From positions 1-15,306 of the forward strand of contig CAVUWD010000001.1 in assembly GCA_963745025.1 (NCBI GenBank): a DNA stretch of 15,306 bases, written 5' to 3'. This DNA comes from an uncultured delta proteobacterium. GTDB lineage: Bacteria > Desulfobacterota > Binatia > JACPRU01. Each line of letters begins with the position of its first letter. Position 1 is the first letter of the stretch. This document shows, piece after piece, positions 8,617 to 15,306 of this stretch. The translations under genes were made by a program, and so were the position numbers. The notes beneath the pieces are model-generated. The model did no database searches. It saw nothing but the letters and a program-made list of their open reading frames with translations, and was not told the origin of the DNA.

Positions 8617-8833
8617 TCCCGAGGAGTGGCACAAGATCATGGATCGCTTCTTCGCGATCCTCTCCGAGGGCGTTCACCGGTTCGAGGGGACGATCAATCA
8701 GTACATGGGCGATGGGATCATGGTGCTGTTCGGTGCGCCGATTGCGGTACGAGGACCACGCGCAGCGCGCCTCCTATGCGGCTTTGCATCTGAAGGACGA
8801 GCTACGGCGCTACTCCGACGAGCTTCGCCTGAG
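8591..8833 (+). pseudogene. Internal fragment of a class III adenylate/guanylate cyclase
   Basis: SMELAEQVDPEEWHKIMDRFFAILSEGVHRFEGTINQYMGDGIMVLFGAPIA / EDHAQRASYAALHLKDELRRYSDELRL. Clearly similar at DNA level to positions 88-330. Confidence 0.9.
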
Positions 8834-8877
8834 GGTGAGTCTCTTCGATAGCGTATCGGAAGTGGGGGCGGATTAGT

Positions 8878-9693
8878 TTACTCCCTGCGCCTCTTCCGTT
8901 CTCCGCGCCCCTTACCTTCGGACTTCGGTCGACCGTACGAAGCGTCACGTTGTTTTTCCAGAAGGAGCTCGACCTGGGCAGCAAGCTCGCGCGTTATGTG
9001 CCCCCGGAAAGCCTGCACACTCCTCGGCGTGACAGCGTCTGTAGGATACGCAGAAACTCGGCGGTCACGTTCCTCACTCAAGCTACATCCCCACTGTGCC
9101 AATGCCGCGATAGCGACCGCAAACGGTTGCTCTCCGAGCTTCTTCGCCACCTTCCGCTCGGCATCGCCATGGGCTGCTCTTTCCGCTGCAATGATGTGCC
9201 GGTGCTTTGCCTGGGGCCAGATCTGATGCACCAGCTTCAACTTTTGCACCACGCGATCGCTCTGGGCAGCAAGCGCCCTCGCTAGTTTTCCTCCCTCATC
9301 GCGGAGCGCTGGAGCGTCGATTCCCTCGGTCACTTCGTGGGACTTGCCGCGCAGCATCAGCTGCAACGCTGAACTCGTCACCCGTGTTTCGCGGCTGAGC
9401 GATACCGATCCCTTCTCCGGTAAGAGATCCCACAACTCGATCGACGCCGCTTCTTCTCTGCCGGGAACCGGCACAGCGAACTTCAAGGCTTGCAGAACGG
9501 TCGGCAAGAGGAGGAACTCCTCAATCGCGATCTTACGTCGCCCGAGCTCTATGGCCGCGATCGTCGCGCGCGTCCACGGGAGGCCCCACTCGCGCGCTTC
9601 GCCCGCGACTTCATCCTGGCGCCTACCATGGAGTTCGCGGAGTTCGCGAAGGCGTTCCCCGATCGCTTTGTCGAGGGGTTTTGGGAGTTCCAT
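8878..9693 (-). CDS. XRE-family HTH transcriptional regulator, putative element repressor
   Basis: Likely start MELPKPLDK at 9693, giving 271 aa. N-terminal AIGERLRELRELHGRRQDEVA...WTRATIAAIELGRRKI is an XRE HTH. Divergent from a small Cro-like gene. Confidence 0.8.
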   Translation of the reverse strand: MELPKPLDKAIGERLRELRELHGRRQDEVAGEAREWGLPWTRATIAAIELGRRKIAIEEFLLLPTVLQALKFAVPVPGREEAASIELWDLLPEKGSVSLSRETRVTSSALQLMLRGKSHEVTEGIDAPALRDEGGKLARALAAQSDRVVQKLKLVHQIWPQAKHRHIIAAERAAHGDAERKVAKKLGEQPFAVAIAALAQWGCSLSEERDRRVSAYPTDAVTPRSVQAFRGHITRELAAQVELLLEKQRDASYGRPKSEGKGRGERKRRRE

Positions 9694-9747
9694 GGCTCTT
9701 CGTGTAGCGCATTGCCTGAAGCAGGTCCAGCGAGTGTGTCCGCACGC

Positions 9748-9777
9748 TTGACATCTTGAGGGATAGTAGGATATCAA
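9748..9777 (+). promoter_or_regulatory. Candidate sigma70 promoter in the divergent switch region
   Basis: Perfect TTGACA at 9748-9753, but only a weak -10 candidate (TATCAA, 9772-9777). Lies in the 90-bp gap between the two HTH genes. Confidence 0.4.
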
Positions 9778-9783
9778 AGGTGC

Positions 9784-9984
9784 ATGGGGACTCGCCTGAA
9801 CTCGCTTCGTCGCTGGCGGCACAAGAGTGGGCTCTCGTTGGAAGAAGTCGCGGACCTCACCGGCCTATCGCCGGCGATGTTGAGTCGGCTCGAGCGTGGC
9901 CAGCGGAACCCGTCACTGGCAACGAAACTAGCCGTGGCGAGGGGACTCGGAGTCCGCATCCGTACGCTTTTTCCTGTGGGGTAA
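9784..9984 (+). CDS. Small Cro/CI-type XRE HTH protein
   Basis: 66 aa: LRRWRHKSGLSLEEVADLTGLSPAMLSRLERGQRNPSL..KLAVARGLGV..LF. Confidence 0.9.
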   Translation: MGTRLNSLRRWRHKSGLSLEEVADLTGLSPAMLSRLERGQRNPSLATKLAVARGLGVRIRTLFPVG

Positions 9985-10037
9985 GCAATCAGAGGGAGTT
10001 TGGACCAGAAGGCTTGAGACGTTGTTGTGGTGGGTTT

Positions 10038-10055
10038 GGTGGTGGTGGTGGTGGT
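10038..10055 (+). repeat. (GGT)6 microsatellite in a G/T-only tract
   Basis: 10021-10056 contains only G and T and ends in six GGT units. Confidence 0.9.
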
Positions 10056-10246
10056 GCAAGGGAAGCGCCGGTCGAAAGTATCGACGTTAGAGCCTCTTCC
10101 AAGAGTAGGGGGATCTCATCTCCCGTCGTCGGCTGGCAGAGAGCCGGATCTCCGACGCACCCTCAATTCGGGCTCGAGCGAGTCGACAAAGCTCATGGCG
10201 TGCTGTCTCCGCGCTCGCCCGGCTTCCGAGAAGGAGGAGGTGCCTG

Positions 10247-10471
10247 ATGCGACAGAAGGAAGAGGGAGCCGCTGCGAACGACTCCCCCCAGATCAAAAAT
10301 GAAACCCGACTATTCGCATTCGTAGCACACGAGACCGATCCGGCAAAGGACCAGTTGAGTGCTCACGGGGCGAAGCTGACACTACGTCGATCGTCCGATC
10401 GCCGCGATCGGCTCCCGCGACCTAACCTGCGACCGCTGCGACAGCCGTGCTCAACAGGGGTGCGGCGATGA
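10247..10471 (+). CDS. Hypothetical protein upstream of the primase
   Basis: Strong RBS AGGAGGAGG before ATG 10247, 74 aa, no recognised domain. Confidence 0.45.
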   Translation: MRQKEEGAAANDSPQIKNETRLFAFVAHETDPAKDQLSAHGAKLTLRRSSDRRDRLPRPNLRPLRQPCSTGVRR

Positions 10472-10562
10472 TCGCCAACGTGCTCGAGCTCTGCGCGGGC
10501 TGCGACCCGGCGAGGATGACCGAGATCAACGTAGGGATCGTTGAGCAGCCGAGGGCGACCGC

Positions 10563-11429
10563 TTGATCCGACACTCTCGTCATGACCCGTGCCGCGTGTG
10601 CCGCGGGCATCCCGACCTTCCGCGCGGACACGGAGAACGCGACTTCGGTTTTCGCTCGGATGACGGCCGCTTCGAGCACTGCACTCGTGAGGAGTACGCG
10701 GGAAGCCTCGAGCTCCACGCGCCGAGCGGGAGCTACGCACACCGCCTCGATGGGCCGTGTACCTGCGGAGTCGAACACAGCTGCGCACGCGACCCACTCG
10801 ACCGGCCGGCCGTGCCGAGGCCGCTCTTCACGGCTGCAGAGCGAACGGAACGCGCCCGCGCGATCTGGTGTGCGGCGAAGCTGGCAGCGGGAACGCCTGT
10901 CGAACGTTACTTACGCGGCCGAGGCATCACGGGACTGCCACCCTCCTCACTCCGCTTCGCGGTGCTCTGGCACGCGCCTACACGGTGCGAACTCCCGGCG
11001 ATGGTCGCGCGCGTGGATAACGTCCGCGGCGAGCTCATAGCGATCCACAGAACCTTTCTTCGGCCTGACGGCTTCGATCGCATTGACAAGCGGATGTTAG
11101 GCCCGTGCCGCGGCGGTGCAGTTCGGCTCGGGCCGCCGGCGCGCAAGCTCGCTCTCGCCGAGGGTATCGAAACAGCACTCTCGATCATGACTGCGATCCC
11201 GGAGCTCTCGACCTGGGCGGCGCTGTCTACCTCGGGGCTCCGCACGATCGAGCTCCCCGCCATGCCACTTGCGGCCGAGGTCACCGGGTATGCCGATGCC
11301 GACCCCGCCGGGATCGAAGCAGCGAAAGACGCGGGGCGCCGCTTTGCTCGACAGGGGCGGCGTGTGCGGCTCGCCATACCTGAAGGCGGCGCCGACGACT
11401 TCAACGACATCTTGCGAGGCGTTGGGTGA
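10563..11429 (+). CDS. Toprim-domain primase-like protein with a putative N-terminal Zn-binding region
   Basis: PCRVCRGH and other Cys/His residues, ERYLRGRGI, LPAMVARV..G..IAIHRTFL, KRMLG..RGGAVRL, AEGIETALS, WAALS..GL, YADAD.AG and C-terminal DFND. Start codon (TTG) uncertain. Confidence 0.85.
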   Translation: MIRHSRHDPCRVCRGHPDLPRGHGERDFGFRSDDGRFEHCTREEYAGSLELHAPSGSYAHRLDGPCTCGVEHSCARDPLDRPAVPRPLFTAAERTERARAIWCAAKLAAGTPVERYLRGRGITGLPPSSLRFAVLWHAPTRCELPAMVARVDNVRGELIAIHRTFLRPDGFDRIDKRMLGPCRGGAVRLGPPARKLALAEGIETALSIMTAIPELSTWAALSTSGLRTIELPAMPLAAEVTGYADADPAGIEAAKDAGRRFARQGRRVRLAIPEGGADDFNDILRGVG

Positions 11430-12840
11430 GAGGACCGCACGCAATTCGAAACGCTCCCGAGCGGCTGATCCTCGATCCGTCCGACCCGCTGCCGAGCGCT
11501 CGAGCCTTCGTCGCTCAACAGCACCTCATCGATGACGTGCTCGCACTCCGACACCAAGCGGACGTCTTCTTCGCCTACGGCTCGACCGCCTACGAGAACG
11601 GGATGAGGCCGCAGTTAGGGCGGAGCTCTACGCCTTTCTCGAGGAGGCGCACTCTTGGGCGGAGCCTCGAAGGGCGGTCAGAGCCGAAGCTCGCGCCGTT
11701 CAAGCCGACAAAGAACAAGGTCGAGAACGTCGTCGATGCTCTTCGCGCCAGTCTGTCAACCTACCGCTTCTTGCCGGCACCGTGCTGGCTCGGAGGACGA
11801 TCCCGCACTCGATCCGCTCGACATCCTCGCCTGCCACAATGGGCTTACTCCACATCCCGACGCGCAGGCTTCTCCGGGCTACGCCGAGCCTTCTTCACGT
11901 TGAACGGTCTCGACTTCGCGCTTCGAGTCGGATCGGCCGCCGAACCGCAGCACTGGCTCCGCTTCTTGCAGGAGCTCTGGCCGGACGACTGCGAGTCGCA
12001 GGACACGTTGCAGGAGTGGATCGGGTACCTTCTCACGCCGCAGACTCACTTTCAGAAGATCGGCATGCTGGTGGACCCAAGCGGTCCGGAAAGGGCACCA
12101 TCGGACGGGTGGTCCGCCGCGACTACTCGGCGACCGTAACGTCTGCGGCCGACTCTCTCGAACCTAGGCCAGCAGTTCGGGCTGTCGGTCCTTATCGGGA
12201 AGTCGCTCGCCATCATCGCCGACGCGCGAATCGGCGGCCGGAGTGACACCGCCGTGATTACCGAACGCCTGCTGTCGATCAGTGGCGAAGACGGGCAGAC
12301 GATTCCTAGGAAGTACTCTGTCCGATTGGAACGGCAAGCTCTCGACGCGGTTGATGCTTCCTCACCAATGAACTGCCGCGCTTCGAGGATGCCTCCGGCG
12401 CGCTCGCCTCGCGCTTCGTCGTCTCGCTGCTCACACGGTCGTTCTTGGCGAGGAGGATACCGCGCTCTTCGAGCGGTTCGTTCCCGAGCTGCCGGGCATC
12501 CTGAATTGGGCGCTTGAGGGAGGGATCGGTTGTATGCTCGTGGCCGGTTCGTCCGCCCCACTCCTCGGCGGAGATGATCCAGCCAGTTCGAGGACCTGGG
12601 GAGTCCGGTGAGCGCCTTCCTACGTGATCGGTGTGAAGTGGGTGCCGGCCACGAGGTCTCGCAGCAAGAGCTCTTCGCTGCGTGGAAGACGTGGTGCCAG
12701 GACAACGGGCGGGAGAGGGCCGGCACGATTCAGATGCTCGGTCGTAACGTCCGGCCGCTCTACCGTGGCTGAAAGTCACGCAGCCCCGAGAGGATGGCGA
12801 GCAGGTGCGGTACTGGCAAGGACTGCGGTTGAGAGGCTGA
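11426..12840 (+). CDS. P4-family/D5-type (SF3) replicative helicase, heavily frameshifted
   Basis: Stitched frames give ILACHNG-LLH, FFTLNGLDF, PQHWLRFLQELWPDD...LQEWIGYLL, Walker A GPKRSGKGT, QFGLSVLIGKSLAIIADAR, ERLLSISGED and a C-terminal winged helix ELFAAWKTWCQDNG...RYWQGLRLRG-stop (12840). GTGA overlap with the primase stop. Confidence 0.85.
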
Positions 12841-12953
12841 CGCGCGATGACACGCGATTCCCTCCATTGTCCCTCTACTCCGACCATCGCGGGTGTGCGC
12901 GAGAAGGAAAGTTGGGAGAACAATAGAGAACCTCGCGTGTCGATGCGTGTCAG
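12837..12953. repeat. Imperfect 34-bp inverted repeat containing four GACRCGC units, candidate replication origin
   Basis: Arms 12837-12870 and 12920-12953 match at 25 of 34 positions by hand alignment. Units at 12839 and 12849 (forward) and 12935 and 12945 (reverse), 10 nt apart within each pair. Confidence 0.65.
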
Positions 12954-12987
12954 GGCCGCTCGGTCGAGAAGCTGGGCACGGAGGCTG

Positions 12988-13125
12988 ATGCATGATCGCC
13001 TCCCGCGTCGGCCGCCGTACCGACGGATCGGCATGATCAACTGGCGTCAACAGTTTCACGTGTTCGTGAATGCCGTAGCCGCGCGCCTCGAGCGCGGCCA
13101 CGAGACCTACGGAGACGACCGGTGA
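12988..13125 (+). CDS. Short ORF or truncated paralogue of the 13508-13750 gene
   Basis: RBS GGAGG before ATG 12988. Its C-terminal WRQQFHVFVNAVAARLERGHETY aligns with WRESFHEFAVRVAERLDRGEGPY. Confidence 0.5.
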   Translation: MHDRLPRRPPYRRIGMINWRQQFHVFVNAVAARLERGHETYGDDR

Positions 13126-13511
13126 CCCCCATCGCCGAACAGGAATGCGTGATCGTGATGAACCGGGGCGACGCCGAAGACGGCAAGGGCTTCATGGTCT
13201 CCTCGACGTGGCCGACCTGGACGAGGTTCTTCGACCAGCTCGTGAAGGCTGGGCTCGCGGAGATCGAACACGAGATCACCCGCGGCGGACGCCGGAAGGG
13301 CGCGAACTACCTCGTCCGGGCCGATGCCGTCAGCGTCGTCAGGAAGCGGCGGCTAGCGATCACGCCCGAGAGGCGAGCGCAGATGGCTGAACGGGGCCGC
13401 GCCCTCGCCAGGAATACCCGTTCTTCGCCGAGAACAACGACTCCGAGTCGTACTCCGAGGACCTCATCCCCCACGGAAGGATCCGAGGCCAAGGGAGAGG
13501 CCGAACCGTGA
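13122..13511 (+). CDS. Hypothetical phage-like protein
   Basis: 129 aa, GTGA-coupled at both ends. The EQECVIVMN...ITPERRAQMAERGR pattern resembles small phage hypothetical proteins. Confidence 0.65.
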   Translation: MTPIAEQECVIVMNRGDAEDGKGFMVSSTWPTWTRFFDQLVKAGLAEIEHEITRGGRRKGANYLVRADAVSVVRKRRLAITPERRAQMAERGRALARNTRSSPRTTTPSRTPRTSSPTEGSEAKGEAEP

Positions 13512-13750
13512 CGGACTGGCGGGAGAGCTTTCACGAGTTCGCCGTCCGCGTGGCCGAGCGGCTCGACCGGGGCGAAGGGCCGTACCAGGGCCGCTCGTTC
13601 TCCGCCGAGCCGCGCGCACTTATCGGGGAGATCCGCGACGAGCTGCGCGACGTGGCCGGGTGGGCGTTCGTACTCGACGGCCGCCTCGCGCGGGCAGCCG
13701 ACGCGCTCTCGCGGCTGCGTTCACTCAACTCGGAGGAGCCTACGTCGTGA
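13508..13750 (+). CDS. Hypothetical phage-like helical protein
   Basis: 80 aa, GTGA-coupled at both ends. Contains RLDRG...Y..RSF....LIGEIRDELRDVAGWAFVL. Confidence 0.65.
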   Translation: MTDWRESFHEFAVRVAERLDRGEGPYQGRSFSAEPRALIGEIRDELRDVAGWAFVLDGRLARAADALSRLRSLNSEEPTS

Positions 13751-14001
13751 ACGTCGAGCCCGAGGGATACCTCACCACCGTAGAGGTGGGGAGGAGACTC
13801 AGGTGGTCCACGCGCACGATCCGCGCGAAGATCGCCGGTGGTGTCTTTCGGGAGGGCCAGCACTTCTTCCAACCGGCGGGGTGCCAACCGCGCTGGAAAT
13901 GGGACGCTGTCGTCGCGTGGCTCGAAGGCAAGGAGCGTCCCGTGATAGACGACGAGGAACCGATCCGCCTCGCTCGTGGTGGCGGGAAGGCGTTGCTCTG
14001 A
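13747..14001 (+). CDS. Excisionase/AlpA-like winged-helix protein
   Basis: GTG start overlapping the previous stop, 84 aa. Reads YLTTVEVGRRLRWSTRTIRAKIAGGVFREGQHFF...RWKWDAVVAWL. The stop overlaps the integrase ATG (TGATG). Confidence 0.75.
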   Translation: MNVEPEGYLTTVEVGRRLRWSTRTIRAKIAGGVFREGQHFFQPAGCQPRWKWDAVVAWLEGKERPVIDDEEPIRLARGGGKALL

Positions 14002-15306
14002 TGGGCGTCAAGGTCCACGCGAACCAGCACGGCTACCTGTGCCTTCGGATCTACTGGAAGGGCCGCGCCGCGTGGGTCGGCGTGAAGGACGCGACGACGG
14101 ACCGAAGGGCAAGAGCCGCACGCTCGTCGAAGCCAAGGCGCGACTCATCGCCGAGGCGCTTCGCAAGGGACGGCCGCTTCACCTGGCGCTGATCGGCGTG
14201 CTCGGCGATTGCCCGTCGAACCTGGTGCCGGAGGAAGAGCGGAAGGCGGCGACAATCACGCTGCGTGAACACGCCGCGCGTTGGCTCGAAGAGATCAAGG
14301 CGACCGAGCGGAAGAGCTATGTGCGGAAGGCCACGTCCTGCACGAGCAACGTGATCCTCCCGTTCTTCGGAAACATGATTCTCTCCGACGTTACTACGGA
14401 GCGGGTGTTCGCGTTCAAGGACCACGTGCTCGCGCGTACCCGCCAGAGGCGCGACGCTGCGACGGGCGAGTTGGTGTCCGTGCCGATCACGGCGAAGACC
14501 GCTCGCAACATCGTGACCGGCTTCTTCCGGGCTATCATCGTCGCGGCGATGGAGCGACACCGCGTGCCGTCGCCCGATCCCTTTCCGCTGGAGCTCCGCT
14601 TCGTGAGAAGAAGAGGGGCGGCGCGATGGTCTCAAGCAAGCGAGCCGCGACGCCGATCCCTTCACCGGCGGGGAGCGCGACAGAATCCTCGACTGGTACC
14701 TCCGCAACGACCGCTTCTGGTACCCGTTCCTCTTCTTCCAGTTCTGGACCGGCTGCCGCCCGAGCGAGACGATCGCGCTGCGCGAGGATGACGTAGGTCT
14801 TGTCACCGGCAGCGTCACGATCGACAAGAGCCGCGACGAGGGCGAGGAGAACGAGCCCAAAACCAGGCAGAGCGACCGCACGATCGCGCTCTACCCGAAC
14901 GTCATCGAGGTGCTGCGGACCGTGCGGCCGCCGCGGATGCATCCGAATCCGGACGACTACTTCTTCACCGGATCCGAAGGGCGGCCCGATCTTCGCGCGC
15001 GACTGGGCGAAGGACTATGGCTTCTACGACGTGCTCCGCCGGCTCAGCATTCGGCCGCGGAAGTTCTACGCCACGCGCCACACGTCGATCTCGTGGCAGT
15101 TGACACAGGGCGCGAACCCCTACGGCGTGGCGAAGTACCATGGCACGAGCGTGGCCATGATCGAGGCGCACTACGGGAAGTGGATTCCCGAGAAGGGCCT
15201 CGATCCCGCCGTGCTCAAGGCACTCGATCGAGGCGAAAACCGTGACCTTGACCGTGACCTTTTAGCGGTGAACGACGAAAAGCCCGAACGCTCGGGCTTT
15301 TCAGAA
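14001..15306 (+). CDS. int: Tyrosine recombinase/phage integrase, frameshifted, with no stop inside the window
   Basis: N-terminal arm-binding-like GYLCLRIYWKG, core-binding region TLREHAARWLEE...ILPFFG, then DPFT..ERDRIL, FWTGCRPSE (catalytic R), EPKT (K), FYATRHT (R), AKYHGTS and AHYGKW (catalytic Y). Frame changes near 14090, 14620 and 14990. Confidence 0.92.
15239..15261 (+). repeat. ACCGTGACCTT direct repeat, candidate integrase arm-type sites
   Basis: Exact 11-bp copies at 15239-15249 and 15251-15261, at the 3' end of the integrase. Confidence 0.7.
15277..15302. terminator. Hairpin, candidate bidirectional intrinsic terminator
   Basis: GAAAAGCCCGA-ACGC-TCGGGCTTTTC: perfect 11-bp stem with A and T runs on either side. 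Confidence 0.7.

Larger units (their letters stand above)
8840..15306. mobile_element. Small integrative element, phage-satellite-like, with no structural genes
   Basis: Divergent XRE pair, Toprim primase, P4/D5 helicase, Xis-like HTH and tyrosine integrase. The left edge is placed where cyclase similarity ends. The right att site is probably just beyond the window. Boundaries are approximate. Confidence 0.8.

Noticed and set aside
10039-10056. Synthetic His6 tag on the minus strand
   Set aside because: No vector context or attached ORF. It is part of a longer natural G/T tract.
868-14881. Long antisense ORFs (for example 868-1638, 2310-3188, 10907-11557, 14051-14881)
   Set aside because: Shadow frames of real genes in high-GC DNA, with no motifs of their own.
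8840-15306. Complete prophage or conjugative element
   Set aside because: No structural, packaging, lysis, relaxase or T4SS genes in the window.

Overview
GC-rich bacterial window made of three parts. The host could be Ca. Binatia/Binatota or a similar lineage, inferred only from its class III cyclase-AAA gene family. (1) 961-4856: an intact, compact four-gene soluble di-iron monooxygenase (SDIMO) operon in the order alpha, beta, coupling protein, reductase. Order and alpha-subunit sequence fit group-6 propane/cyclic-ether monooxygenases. (2) About 5100-8835: a scrambled region with a recD2 stub and two consecutive pieces of one adenylate/guanylate cyclase gene. Between the pieces lie a DUF3237 gene, a probable transposase remnant, a metal-dependent amidohydrolase and a dienelactone-hydrolase-family gene. 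A third, truncated cyclase paralogue opens the window. (3) About 8840 to the end: a small capsid-less integrative element, resembling a phage satellite. It carries a divergent XRE/Cro switch, Toprim primase, P4/D5-type helicase, candidate iteron origin, small phage-like ORFs, a Xis-like HTH gene and a tyrosine integrase, ending in arm-type repeats and a hairpin. Many genes outside the SDIMO operon are frameshifted, through sequencing indels or real decay. All family calls come from motif recognition; no database search was run.
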